Shown: in pieces, positions 25,030-38,865 of the stretch
Layout of the letters: every line of letters starts with the position of its first letter
Position numbering within the stretch: position 1 is the stretch's first letter
From: Azolla caroliniana
Taxonomy: Eukaryota > Plantae > Polypodiophyta
Length of the DNA: 64,000 nt
Direction of reading: 5' to 3'
Assembly: GCA_043228905.1 (NCBI GenBank)
Contig: JBHGNT010000003.1
Span: 25,668,001-25,732,000 of the forward strand
Notes under the pieces: model-generated
What the model saw: the letters and a program-made list of their open reading frames with translations, nothing else
Database searches by the model: none
What the model was told of the DNA's origin: nothing
Made by a program: the position numbers and the translations under genes

Positions 25030-28000
25030 ATGGAAACTACTTTTGATGATGAATCCTCTCAAAAAGTCATGGACCTTTCTTTCTTGTACAGAAACAAGTC
25101 ATTTCAGATATGTATGCCTTCTGATTCGACATTGCTTGAGCTTGGACAGAAACTACAGGTTTTAACCGGTGTGGTTCCTTGTACTCTTCGTCTTCTTTTA
25201 CCTCGCTCTCGAGCTTTACTTCCATTCTCTGATCAGGATCAATCGGTTCTGCTTGGACACAGTGGCATTTCAGAGGTTTGTTTTATTGATTGATTTGTAT
25301 ATTGATTTGATTGCCTGCTTTTTTATGTCTGAAATCTAGAAAGGAAGAAAGAAACTTCCATTTTGGAATAGGTGCTAGAAGAATTTGGCTGATTATGCTA
25401 TATTTATACCCCTGTTTGGTCTATGCCACTGGCCATGCACGAGTGTATGTGTCCTTTGGGTATCTAGAACAAAAGAAACTAGTAATCAGCAAGGTTGGGA
25501 GTCTCATCCTCAAAACTGTTCGAAGAGTTTGAAACTGAAACCAAACCAAAAACCTAAACCTTTCACCCAATCTGTTAAACTGTGGTTCTGCAGTTCAGTT
25601 CTGGTTCAAACTCAATTATTGGCAATTGTATAATCAATGTTCTACCTTACAAGAAAGGGTTATTTTTTAAAATCTCATAAAAAGACCAAAACTTAAAGAG
25701 ATTGTTAGGGTTCAAAGTTCAAAGTTCGTTATATGTATTACATAAATAATTAATATATTCCCCAAAACCATTAAGGCATTAAGCTGCGATAGACTGCAAA
25801 CCCATTAGGCTGATTTGAACTCTTGAACCAAACTGACCTAATTGCCGATTCCTAAAACCATGTTCACTTCCAAATGAGCGAAAACTGGCCTTCGAAAAAA
25901 ACCATGCTCAAGAGAATATGCCCTTTGGGTAATGACAGATAGCTAAAGATAAAATGCTGCTGTAAAGCTACCCTGGAAAGTTAGGGAGAACTGATCAAGT
26001 AGTGGATGGGCTACCTACACTTCATATGGATCTCTGTATATATCATCTATATGAAGCAAGCATGGTTTATCTATCTATCTGACCTATCTGAATATGGGCG
26101 TGCTTGGTAAGGAAACCTCCTATGGTGAACAGGCTAACCAGTTATCTATGTAATGATTATTCTCCCTAATATCATGTTGGTGGAGAGGGAGGTGTCTGAT
26201 ATACAGATACACATACTTCTGCTCTGGGACTATGGAAGAACATATAACCTGTGATTACCTCCCTCTTTGTTGACTTTTTAGAATTTTTATTCCGTTTCTG
26301 TGACTGGAAGAGGAAATGCTTAAATTAGATTAATGGAACCAATTCCATCATCTCTTTGACTTAGGCCTGTCTCGTAAACATTTTAGGCAAAAGAGAGCAT
26401 AAAGACATAGCTCAGGCACTAAGATTGACTGGTGACGAAACCATTCCAGAATTCCAGTTCCAATTCTGCTGTACCCACTTAAACTCCCAACAAAAGCAAT
26501 TTCTCTAGCATGATGTTCTCTAGACATTATGAGGTGTCAAACTTTTATGAATCTCTTAATAGTTAATGTCCACTTTAAAAATTAACACATGGGCTCATAC
26601 CCTTCTACTTCAAAAGTAAATCGGATCTTCCCTCTCTGACAGGTGTAATTACTCCAGACATTAGTCCAAGTGAATGTGCTTGTTGGACTATGAAACTGGG
26701 TCCTATCACCATGTTTAATTCAACAAAAATTATCATAGTTTATGTCGCACACACTAGAATAGTGCTCACATGCAATTACCTTAATGTTAAGGATTATTAC
26801 ATCATTTATCTCTCGCAAGAAACAGTGGTTGATTATTGAGTTGAGAGAGAGAGAGAGAGAGATTTATTTGGCTCTCAGGAGATTGTTAGAATGAGGAAGA
26901 ACACTCAAGTAATAAGAAGTTTTGATAATTCAATTGGGAGAATGATTGGGGGGGAGGGAGAGAAGAGAGAGAGATGCTTTTATTTAGCTCTTGAGAGATT
27001 GTTAGAATGAGGAAGAACCCTTCATTAACTAAATTACAACTATGTCCCTTTCACTCTCAGGATATGAAAGGTTATAGATACTACTTCTATAACCCATTTA
27101 CAATGTGACTCTCTTCCTCTCTCTACTCTTTGTAGGATTCTTGAGTGTATCCCTGGACTGGAGCATTGAAAGTGAGATGTCAGCTGAATACTTAACATGT
27201 AGTCCCAATACAATAGAAGAAGGAAGGAGTTTTCTTGTGTGTGTATGTGTGTGTTGGCATATATGAATACGCTGCATGTATAGTGTATATATGGGTTTGT
27301 GCAAGAAAAGAATGGAAGAATCATCGTCAAATTTCCAAAAATTTCATAGGGCCGATCCATAAGGGTAATGGGAGCACTGACTGGAGAAATTGAACAAGTG
27401 TCTCAAGAAGCTATTCACAAATATGAGAGGGGAATTATTGGTTTTGATGAAGAGGACAAACGTGCCAAGCAACGTGCAATATTCAGAGCCAACAATATCA
27501 TTCAACTTCCTAAAGGAAATTACATCTTTTGTGATTTCAAGACTTTAGAGTTACCAGGTATTCAGGTAATAAATTGTAATGAGACCATAGTGATATTGAT
27601 CATTGTAAAAGAATTCATTTGGCACTTTCCAGCCTTAAAATTATTCCTTCTATTTCTTGTTGCTGATGTAGTTCTTGTATTGAATAAACATTATGCAGCT
27701 TCACCCTCCAGCTGAAAAGGCTCTAGAAATAATGCATAAGCTTGCCAGTGATCCTGGCATTGTTGCCATTATGAACAAGGTAACACACTTTAGCTATTGT
27801 GGTGTAGCTTAATTTTCTAATATTTCAAATGCATGAATTGAATATGGATGTTCATACTCTGGTTGACCTTGGATTTCCATTAATTTCAGCATCGTTGGAC
27901 AGTTGGGTTAATGACAGAAATGGCACCTGAGGGTTATGTAGGAATCAGCCCTGAATGCATCCTAGGGTATAACAAGGTACGTAGGTATATCAGGTATGCA

Positions 28001-31000
28001 AGTGTATTTACATTGGTTTACGCATGATAATGATGTATTTATGCTCTAGTTGTCCAAAATACCAAAATGAGAGGGAGATCAAAAGAATCACCATCCAAAG
28101 GGTATGAGTTCCAAAGAACATAGAAGGTGGTGTTGCTGTTTCTAACTGAAAATTGGGGATGTATTATAAGATATATCCATCCTTACATAAGGTTACTTAA
28201 TGATCAATCAACTGAAGTATATGTGCCTATAGCTGAAGGTTATGTATTCGAGTTTGCACAACTCCTTTACAATAAGAAACGTAGAAATAAGCTGTGTCCT
28301 ATGTATTCATGTGGGTTGACATGAACCTCATTCCCCATGAAATATCTAGTTCATTCCTTTCCTCGAGGGTTGTAGGAAGTACTTTATATTGATTTAATCC
28401 TCCCAATTCTTTTGTAGAGAGACAGAAACTAATGTGATTCTTCTGTCAAATTTCCCTACTATAGAATAAAGGAGAAGAGATATCTCTACGTCTTCGAACT
28501 GATGACTTGAAAGGTTTCCGCAAATATGAGAGTATTAAGAAAACACTGCTGCATGAACTTGTGAGAATTCTTCTCCTCTAGTACATCTTTAAAAAGATTA
28601 AGTGACCAAATTACTTACCAATATCTTTTCGTATTTCAGGCTCACATGGTTCATTCTAATCACGATGCCAACTTCCATGCTTTAGATAAACAGGTCAAAG
28701 ATCCTTTCACATTGATGAGCAATATTTGAGGGCTCCAATTTCAATTTAATTTTGATAATAACTCCGAAATATCCCTGAGTTCTGCGTTAATTCCTCAAAT
28801 GTCCCTAGCCTGTCATTGTTTCCTACATGCTCATCATCAACCTCTGGAGCAATCAGATGGTGAATCTGTTGTATTTTTCTCTTTCGAGGATTCAACAGAG
28901 GCATTTGAGGAAATAGAAAAACTTAGATGTATTTCTGACTTTTTTTCGTAAATTTTGTAGCATTATGTTTCTGATTTTAAAAGTGTAATTGGTTGATTTA
29001 GTGCAGTTAAATGAAGAAGCAAATGCTTTGGATTGGACAAAGTCGACAGGCCACAATTTAGGAGGAGCTAAGTTTTTAGAAGAAGTAAATTATGAAGAGA
29101 AATCTATAAATGCAAGCAATGGACAAAAGCTTGGAGGAAATAATGAATATAGTCATCTTGGTGCTCGTTCGGCTGCTGCACAAGCTGCCCTGTCTCGTCT
29201 CACTGAAAATATCCACACAGAAACCAGTGGAGGTGTTCATACTATCAGGGTTTTAGATGAGAATATGGGTGATATTCCTATAAAGATCCACAAAGAAACT
29301 GATGAAATCGTTGAAAATATCAAGATTTTAGATGAGAATTTAGGTGAAATTTCTGACATGATCTCCAACAAGATCCACAAAGAAACTGATGAAATTGTTA
29401 AAAATATCAAGATTTTAGATGAGAATTTAGGTGAAATTTCTGACATGATCTCCAACAAAATCAATGTAAGGGAAAAGTTTGTCAGTAGTTCTATTTTAAT
29501 GACTGAACCTGATCCTGATCTCGATAAGGCGGTCTCCATGGAAGTTGATGAGAGTTCCATTTTTCTAAAGGAAAATGAATCTTTGAAGCACCAGATCCAA
29601 GTTGGCCTTAATAACAAGGAAATACAAGCATCAGGATTACTTGATTCGGCAAGGTGCCAAGAAGGTATCAATCAAGAAAAATCAAACAGCAATGTTGAGA
29701 CAGCATTTGCAGCAGACAACTCTGAGAAGAAGGAAACAGATATAATGAACGCTTCATCTATTTTATTGGAAGGGAATTATTTAAGTGAGGCTGAATTCAG
29801 CTCCAATATTGAAGATAGGGATCTTAAGGCTGTTCAGGAGAATACAGAGATCCTCTCTCAGCGCATACAGGATGCAATAATATTGCTTAAGCGAGAAGCA
29901 ACACAATCTGAAGCCATAGCTACTATTCAGATACTGTCTCGAATTGTGAGGTATATTTTTGAGCTTATTGTGTATTGGAAATCGACCTTTCTTTCGTAAG
30001 CCTTATCAGGTGTATATATAATGAAAACAGGAATATCAAGCAGCATCCGAATGAGGCAAAGTTCAGATGTCTGAAAAAGGTAACTTAGAATTTTCTTTCC
30101 TTATTATTAAATCAGATCAAGATTTGGAATTTCTTGAAAGTTGAATTAATAGAGATATTGCATCATGATGTTAACCTTTGCATGCATTATTTTTTGATGA
30201 AGTGATGCATCAAATTTTGCATGCAATATTTGCACATTTCAATGTTGCCAGATTGTTTGTTTGTGATATCAACATTTGTACACATTAATTTTTGACGAAA
30301 TGATTTGCTTTTCTTCTGTCATGGTGTTTAGGTTTGCAAGCATCTAATGCTGAAATAATTTAAGCTTTTTTCTCATAAGATCATATGCTTCAAGCACCTT
30401 ATTGAAAGTAATGATTTGAAACTAACATTGTTTAGTATTTCTAAATCTGCAATCCTCTTCTATAAACAGCTTGCTGATTTCTGTAACTATTTGTTGAGAG
30501 TATTCTTCATTCTAGTTGCATATATTGTTTAATTTTTCTTTATAATATATTTGAAGTGAACTCCTGAAGGTGTTTCTTTATATGTTTGATAAAGCTGATA
30601 AAACTCTAATATCTTTCCTGATAGTTTCAGCTAGTACCCTTTCAAATCAGATTTTGATGCGTTCAGAGTTCCCTTTTTATTGTTTGTACAAAATTCCTCT
30701 TGTATAGAACTCTTTTAAGCTGCACCACTATGATACCAATGATTCTTTTCTGTTTCTTTCATAGGAAACATCAACCTTCCGCCAAAAGATTGCAAAATTC
30801 AGGGGTATGCACTCTAGTTGTTATATCTTATAAATTAATTGAAAATATCTATTAAAGCAAAACTCTTGGGTATGCTTTTAATACCTTAAAAGCTTTTCTC
30901 CCCAAGGATAATGAACATTAAGGGCTGTAAAGAGACTTAAGTGATTAAATTTTCTCCTGTCCTGACTTTATGTATCTGAACTCATATTGGTAACAATATA

Positions 31001-31154
31001 TATTTTGCCAGGTGCACTGGAAGTTCTTCATGCAGTTGGATTTTCAGCAGAAGCAAATAATGATGGGAGCGAAGGTGATTGTCTTGTCTTGAAGAGGGAT
31101 GATCCAGTTCTACTCTGGCTTGCGGAATCCTCCTTAGAAGCCTGCTTTGCTTAA
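25030..31154 (+). CDS. UBL + WLM (Wss1-like zinc metalloprotease) + PUB domain protein, WSS1B-like; exons 25030-25275, 27350-27565, 27699-27779, 27890-27976, 28465-28560, 28640-28693, 29007-29950, 30031-30079, 30765-30804, 31012-31154
   Basis: N-terminal ubiquitin-like segment (ELGQKLQVLTGV..TLRLL..SIRVMG); WLM motifs LASDPGIVAIMNKHRWTVGLMTEMAP, ILGYNKNKGEEISLRLRTDDLKGFRKY, LLHELAHMVHSNHDANF (HExxH); PUB motif IVRNIKQHPNEAKFR..GALEVLHAVGF. Confidence 0.92.
25490..25855. mobile_element. Possible hAT-type MITE remnant in intron 1 of the WLM gene
   Basis: Clustered AAACC/GGTTC subterminal-type motifs (AAACTGAAACCAAACCAAAACC, GGTTCTGCAGTTCAGTTCTGGTTC, GAACCAAACTGACC) ending TTGCCGATTCCTA; TIR and TSD not clearly resolved. 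Confidence 0.35.
28762..28940. mobile_element. Small foldback MITE-like element in an intron of the WLM gene
   Basis: CCGAAATATCCCTGAGTT..TTCCTCAAATGTCCCT versus the reverse complement of the right end CAGAAATACATCTAAGTT..TTCCTCAAATGCCTCT. A similar CCTCAAATGTCCCTA occurs at ~62074. Confidence 0.55.
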
Positions 31155-32235
31155 GAACAGCATTCCCCTTTATTATTTTATGCTAGCCATTGGTTATGAA
31201 TGCTCTTCTTAGGTCTGTAAAAATGTAACTGTTGTTAGAATACACATCAGAAACGACACAGCCATAGTATACCATAAAGCTAAAATTTATTTTACTGATT
31301 ATTTTCAGAGAACTGACATAGTATATAATATTGTTTCTCACCAAACCCATGCTACAAAATAAATAATACATTTTTTTGGGGTTAACTCTTGCGTTATATA
31401 CAACCTGTTTTTTTAGATTGGACAACCAAACACAATATTGACTGGAGTAATCTTGCCATGACCACAACTACCATCTTAACACTCTGATCATCAACAATAA
31501 ATAAAAGTGGCATCATACATACATATACATATGTCAAGGATATGCATATAATTATACCCATTTACCAACTATTTGGTATTATTTGGTTCTTTCCATAGTT
31601 GAAATGTTATTGAAGTGAATGAAATGCATGAAAAGGAACATATGCAATGACATTCCTCTAACTTAGATGGATAAGGGTTCTATAACACCTTGATGGTTTG
31701 GGCTCTAGATAGTTGAACCAATGAGGTAACTTTGAATACCCTTCCGAACATTTTGATAACCTTTGAATTGCCTCTTAGTTATGCACAATTAGATACAGCT
31801 TATGTCACCCATTGTGCACTAGTAATCTTGTTGAGAACAATATGTGGAAGGGGGCATGTTTGGTGCCAAACGCGAGGACGTAGCCTAAACAGTTGAACCC
31901 ATACAATTATGGAGCGTGGATGGTTGAACCAATTAGGTGAACTTCTTCGTTAAGTGTGCAAAGTTTAGGGACAATATTGTTGTTTAATATTACAGAAACA
32001 TTTGAGAACCCATACAATTATGAAACATGGATGGCTAAAGCAATTCAATGAACTTTTTCTTTAAATGCACAAGTGTAGAGAGAAAATTGTGGTGCATACC
32101 CGTGACGATAATAACAAATAGCAACCCAAGTTTTTTGAGACCTACCAATACTATAGGGTGGTTTAATTTAGCCCACCAATGGAAGAACACAAACAATAAA
32201 TTCAATCACAAATGAACATGTTTAGCGTAAACAAA

Positions 32236-32238
<3 letters not shown>

Positions 32239-32282
<44 letters not shown>
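32239..32282 (+). repeat. (AC)n microsatellite
   Basis: Pure AC run. Confidence 0.95.
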
Positions 32283-32285
<3 letters not shown>

Positions 32286-32548
32286 CGCAATAAGTCTCAA
32301 GGGGGGTTGGGTTAGACCAGAAGGTGCACTCAAACTGTAATATCATACTTTATTAACTACAAATATGTATATGTAGGCAGTGTGAAATCGCACGAGACCA
32401 TTTTATCTGTAGACCGTGGATAAGAGTTTCGCTTTGGTTCTTACTTAATACGCGTATTTTTTTACTAGTCACACTGTCAATAACACAGTGGAGTGGAGTA
32501 GGGTTTTAGAGGACCACGTTTCTTCCTCTTGTTCGGCAGAACAAGAAG

Positions 32549-35500
32549 ATGATGCTTGTCCGTTCGCTCCATGCCGCCTCCTTCTTCAATGGTTTTGCTC
32601 ACCATCTCCATCTCAGACTCCTGCCTCATGTATCGGAATGCTCGGTCAGCACAAGAAGCTTCTCCTCTTTCAGTTCTCATTTCGTCAGAAAATACTCGAC
32701 AAAGTTGTTGAGTGCCAGGATCGGAAGCTTAAGTAAGCACTTATTTCTGTCCACAAGTTGTGTCTTTACTATTTATATTCTATTTGTTCCCATAAGTTGC
32801 ACCTTTTTCCATGTATAATTTCTCGAAATAAATATATTTTATCCCTACGTACATGAAAAATTTCCTCATGGAAATGTATTCAAATGATTCTGAAAGTGCG
32901 GGTCTTGTTCCATGTATAATTTCATGTAATGAACATGTTGTTTATCCATTATTATGTTTCCGTAAGTAGATATCTTATTGTATGCCTAACTTCACTAAAT
33001 AAATGTATTTCTAACCGTATATGGCCATGTTTTCTTTTCACGACATAAGCATAATTTAAGTGTGTTCTCCATCTCGATGGGGAGAATGAATAAGCATTGT
33101 CATGCATCTTCTATTCATAAGCATTGTCTTCACCCTATGGTTTCATTATGTAAAGGTGTTTTGTCTATGCTTTCTCACGAATTTCCATATGTTGGTATAT
33201 ACTTCCATCACTGATGTGTTTCCGCAGATAGGCATCTTTTTCCATGTTATACATGGGAAAATATTCATTCTTGCAGAACCACGCCATTATATAGCTAAAG
33301 CAAGTGAATGTAGTGAAATTATACATGATTGACGATGCCTACTTATAGAATAAAGTTTTTTCTATATGTATGGACACGTTCCTATATGTAAGCATCATGG
33401 TCCTTGTAGCTTGTAACCTGAAATCATACATGTAAACACACCAATGCATAGTTTAACAGACCAATTAGAGACATAGAGCACTATAATCTATTTAAACCTC
33501 GTTTGGTTTGCTTCCATGGGGATTCAAGTAAGCATTTTCTTCCATGTACACTGTCACTACATGAACGTATTTTGGTGGCATTTCTATGATGTCATTGTCA
33601 CTGTTGACTGATTTCAGATATTAGCCAAAACCATAATGCCGAACACCAAATGCTGATCATGTTTTCTTGAAAATGAACAACAACTTCATTTTCTTTTGAA
33701 AACTGTTGCATTATATGTATCTTCATGACATATGATTATCGACAGTGCTAAATTGTCAATCATGAAAATAAAGTACCCATCAATTACCTCCGGTTTTATT
33801 GTTATGTATTACGTTTTTAGGAAACCAATGCGTTTAAGTAAATATTTCCATTCTTTTAAGGTGCTTAAGGTGCATGCCTGTTTGTGAGCATTGTGAATAT
33901 CTCGTTTCTGTCCATGATCTTGTCTTTTGTGCTTATATAGATAAATCACAGAAAGAAAGAGCGTCAAGGAGGCCAGGTTCAGTACCACATGCTTCTCTAA
34001 AGTTGACTGGGGAGAGATCAAACAGACCTTCAAGATCAGCCAAATATGGGGAACAACCTGGTAGGCTTGTAAGGAATACAGAATCATCAAGGAAACAAGG
34101 TCCGATACGTCATTCTTCACAGAAAGTTATAGGTGAGAGATTGAGCAGAGCTTTAAGATCTGAAGGAAATTTTAGTGATGAAGAAACTTCATCCAGATTG
34201 GATTCTCATAGGGGAAAACAAAGCTTAGCAGGAAAACATGAGTATCAGCCAAGTAGAAATCCTGTAACAAGTACAGAACCATTAGATTTCTCAAGGAAAG
34301 ATAAGAAGTCGACGAACAAGTTGCAGAGCCAAGTAAAAGGCAAGGTGAATACAGAACAAAATTCGAATGAGTCCCGGAAGAGAGGAAAGAGAGTAATGCG
34401 ACTTGATCCGAAAGACAATACATCTAAAAGGTTTTCTCGTGGCTATCCATGTCCTGGAGAAGAAGGTAACAGCCTCTCATGATGTTTTGAATTCATAATT
34501 TTGTTTTGGCCTTCATTATTTGACAATTAATGATGTCTTCCTCAATATCCATGATTCGAGAACTGATAGTTTCCTCAGCATGTTTGGAAGCTTCTATTAC
34601 TATGTAATTAAGCTTCTTTGTAAGAGTATATGTTGTAGAGTGTGCCAAGCTGAATAATGCTTTCTATTTATAAGAAACAGATAGTCGAGGCACTTGTTAA
34701 GTAGTATCAGAATCTTGTCATGAAAAACAGTCAGTTGAAAGGAATAATTTTGATGTTTTACTTCTTTTATTCAGGGTTTATATGCAATCTTTAAATACTA
34801 AGATTTATTTTCTGATGAGCAGATGTAGATGTAGAAGAAAAAAGTGTTGAAGTTAAAGGGCGAGCACAATTTCGAGCAATTATACCTCAAGCAAAGTTAA
34901 TGCAACATATTGAGAAATATGTATGTTTACATTGTAGTTCTTGAGCCTAACAAAATTCTAATCATCAACTTATATAATCATTTGTGTTTCTAGTTAATTG
35001 GCCGTAGACGTCCATCTGAGCTACAAAGGGCAGGCTATGACTTGAACATAACACCTGCTCCCCTTGACAACGTCCCTTACTCAAAGAAGGGAGAACGACA
35101 GCCTACACAAGAGGAAGTAGGTTTGTGTTTCTGCTTTGTAAAACTAATGGAAAATGTGCTGTCAACTTATGTTACCCAAGAAGTGTGTCTAAATATGATA
35201 CTCTTAACTTGCTGTGGTTTAAACAAATATTGTTTGGCGGGCTTGATATATGCTCTGCTTAAGAAATAGGTTTTATGGGTTTAAGTGAATGCATACAAAT
35301 AGAATATTTTAAGCATTTATCTATAATGGTAGATACTATTGCTCTAAACACTTTATCTCTACAGGAACTATTTTGGCACCATATAAAAGAGAGAATTTTA
35401 ATTAAGCCAATATATAGATAGATAGGCAAATATATATGTATATATAGTCCCTCTTTGGTACTTATTTGTAATAGCTTTCAATCTGTTAGCCAGTGTCCTT

Positions 35501-38389
35501 TGTTCGAAAATGCTGGTGGGAATTTCGTTCATTGACATTATTTTCATGACCTTGTCCCTTAATATTTTGATTGAGTCCACAACTGCCTTAACATTAATTG
35601 AAATAATTTAATATTGCTTTAAATGTTTGACTCCATCCTGCTATGATGTAATTATGATTTAAGAGCATGTTTCATCTTGTTATGTAAGGTTTTTAGGCAC
35701 AAGTTAAGATTTACAGCTTCTGCAAAAGTTGCATCTTCCTTCCCACCATGTGAAATTCCAGAGGTAGCATTTGCAGGTCAACTTTTGGAACTTTTTATTT
35801 CTGGAAATTGAGCTTAAAACATGTTTCTGTGGATATTACAAACTCTAAATCAGTAATATTGCATACAGGAAGATCAAATGTGGGAAAATCATCACTCATC
35901 AATGCTTTGACCAGGCAATGGGGTGTGGCTCGCACATCAGATAAACCTGGACTTACTCAGGTAACATATTTGTTACCTTAGATTGTACATTGTGCAGATT
36001 TTGATGATCAATGGAAGAGCATTATGGCCTGTATGATTAATGCAGTATACAGAATTTCCACTGCATGCTCGATTTGAGACATAGTTTGAGACAAAAAGGC
36101 ATAGGTAAATATAGGTTCAGAAGGAATAGATGCAAAGGTTGCTTGCTTTATTTTCGTTTACTGATTAATCACTTTACAATTCGTTTTATTCCTTCTATCT
36201 GTCAAAAGTGTAACATATAAGGCTCAGAGGCATATACCAAAGCAAGGCCAAAGTGTAACATATAAGGATCAGAGGCATATACCAAAGTGTAACATATAAG
36301 GCTCAGAGGCATATACCAAAGGATGATAACTGTAAAATTATGAGCAAGGATGGTTAATATCATGTAGAAAATATTGGAAGGTCCTGCATTAATGTTGACA
36401 AACGTTCTCAAGGAAGTTTTTCTGCAATAGAAATTGAACATTGTCATGGTGTATATTTGGATTTTGCATTCCATGGTCACAATCTCATCTTGGCCTCTCC
36501 CTCACACACAAACCTAGTTGCATTGATGGTTAACTAGTTTAGATAGAATTGAATGTTTTTTTATTTTCAGACAATTCTATAAGATTCTCATGGGTATACC
36601 TTCTGGTGTCATAGGTGATTTTAAGCTTGTAAAGACGTTAATATGACATTTTATTTCGTTTCTTGCAATCATGCTAGAGCAAAGCCTGTCACCTGTCAAG
36701 GAAACTTGAATAGAAATGAGCATTGGATATTTGAAACTTGAATAGAAATGAGCATTGGATATTTGAATAGAAATGAGCATTGGAAATTTCTAGATTATGG
36801 AAACTTTAAGGGAAACTGGAACTAGATCCCATAACTTCAGTTTGAACAGATCTCATAACTTCCATAACTCTAATACAATTAACCTTATTCTGGAAGAGGT
36901 CAACCATTTAACAAACATCGGAATGGGGAAGTTAAACTTTCTTTGCATATATGGCTTCTCATAGTGTAGTTCATGAGAAAGGTAACGAAGTTACAGCAAA
37001 ATGCAACTGAATGTTCCAAGATGTTTCTAAACATGTGGATCCCAATCCTTCACAGAGTATCAACTTTTTTCGCCTTGGAGGACGAATCTGTCTTGTTGAT
37101 CTCCCAGGATATGGCTTTGCTTATGCCAAAGAAGAAAAGAAAGAATCATGGGAGGAGCTTGTGAGTTTCTGTGATGCCTTTGATTAATCAAACTGCTTAA
37201 GAGATTTGTTGCACTGGTTCATATTTCATTTAGTTCTTTTATAGGTCAGAGAATTTGTTACAACAAGAGTTGGCTTGAAAAGGGTGTATTTATTGGTGGA
37301 TGCGAAATGGGGCCTGAAGTTAAGAGATGAGGAACTTATTGAACTGATGGAAAGGTATTATGATAAATGCATGATCTTCCAAAAATCAAAATAGTCTTGT
37401 GAAATAAAATGTTATATTATTTTCGTTGGAAGGCTGGACTGCCCTATTAGACCAGAAGTTACATCCATATGAATCTTATAGAAGTTTGGTGAAATAAAGA
37501 AAAAAAACATGTATCTTCTGTGTAACCGGATTGTGACAGCATCTACTTAATTTATCAGATATTTTTATTTTAACAGGGCTGGAACAAAGTACCAAATTGT
37601 GTTAACCAAGAGTGATACTGTTTCACCTTTAGACCTGGGTCGCCGCGCCACCCAGATTCAGGAGGTATTGATTGTATATTGCTGTCTAGCTTATTAGTTT
37701 CTTGCTTTCTCTAGTTATTTTAGTCCTTGACTGTGTTTTGTTTTTGCTTCATTAGCTCTTGAAGAAGAACAAGTCACTTGTCCTGCCAACGGTATGGAAA
37801 TAGAACTTCTTGATTGTTGCTCTTAATTGTTTTTACTTGGATGTTTCAATCATGCCTAGATTAATTGTTTAATTCATGAATCAGAAACTTATGACTTGAA
37901 TGGTTAATAGGTTTGAATTTCTGTGTATAATAGGAATTCCTGTCTTTAGGAAATATAATAGGAAATAGCACTTATTTTGATTATTATTATTCGCTTTCAC
38001 TGATTTCAAAAGTTAATTCATGCCACTTCCACAAAGAATCATTGCACAAAATTTATTGTCTATGAATGCACACCATTGAAAATAATTGGTTAAATACAAA
38101 CTGCTGTTTGATATTTTGTACTTCCTATTTAATGTGGTGTTAATGTTGCAACAGTGTGATCTCTTGCTATATAATGTTTTTTTCTGTTATTAATTGTTTT
38201 TTTGCTGATTATGGTAAGTTTAATAACCTGACTATTAACAATTTCCCATTGCCGTGATCTCTTTTTATTTTTTATTTTTCTTTATGAATTGCGTTGTTTT
38301 GGCAGATTATGGTAAGTTCTAAGACTGGTGAAGGATTGGAGTTTTTTCGGGGATACATGGCAAAGCTTGCAAAAGCTGGTTTGATCTAA
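32549..38389 (+). CDS. Organelle-targeted EngB/YihA/YsxC-family ribosome biogenesis GTPase, ~11 exons
   Basis: Transit-peptide-like N-terminus ([20 protein letters not shown]); G1 [20 protein letters not shown]2 [10 protein letters not shown]3 [11 protein letters not shown]4 IVLTKSD, G5 MVSSKTGEG; stop TAA 38387-38389. Confidence 0.93.
36203..36322. repeat. Intronic minisatellite, ~34 bp unit x3
   Basis: CAAAGTGTAACATATAAGG(C/A)TCAGAGGCATATAC three times. Confidence 0.92.
36701..36786. repeat. Intronic minisatellite, 26-32 bp unit x3
   Basis: TTGAATAGAAATGAGCATTGGA three times. Confidence 0.92.
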
Positions 38390-38865
38390 AGAATAATTCC
38401 CTGGACATCCTCAGTAATTATATCTGATTTATCATACAATATTATCAGCTCACATTTCGGTGGGTTATATATATGCAACTCACAGTTAAAGGGTGATTGT
38501 GCTATTTCATTGATAGCAAAGAGTTTTTTGTGCCGACCACGATGTATCCAGTGACTTTAAACTAGTGGAGTTTGCATACTGGCCTCATCCCTTGATTCAA
38601 TTATCCACAACTTATCTTATCCTAGATTCAAAAATATCCACATGTGTAATCCTAGTTCTATCTGAAATTGTGCACATCCTTCAAAGGTTATGTGTAATGC
38701 CCGATTGACCTATTGCCCCTTGCTTGATAAGAGTAACAGTGAGATCAAATGACTGAATTAAATATGTTGCAAATGATGAAATGGATTGATTATGTCTCAA
38801 GACGAATTGTAAGAATTGTTTTGTATTTCAAAGTTGCAGATTATAAATCAAACATCTGGCATAAC

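Noticed and set aside
36203-36322. CRISPR-like regular ~34 bp repeats
   Set aside because: Head-to-tail units without unique spacers, inside a eukaryotic intron, no cas genes.
32549-38389. Horizontal transfer of a bacterial-type EngB GTPase
   Set aside because: Intron-rich with a transit-peptide-like N-terminus; a normal nuclear-encoded organellar family in plants.
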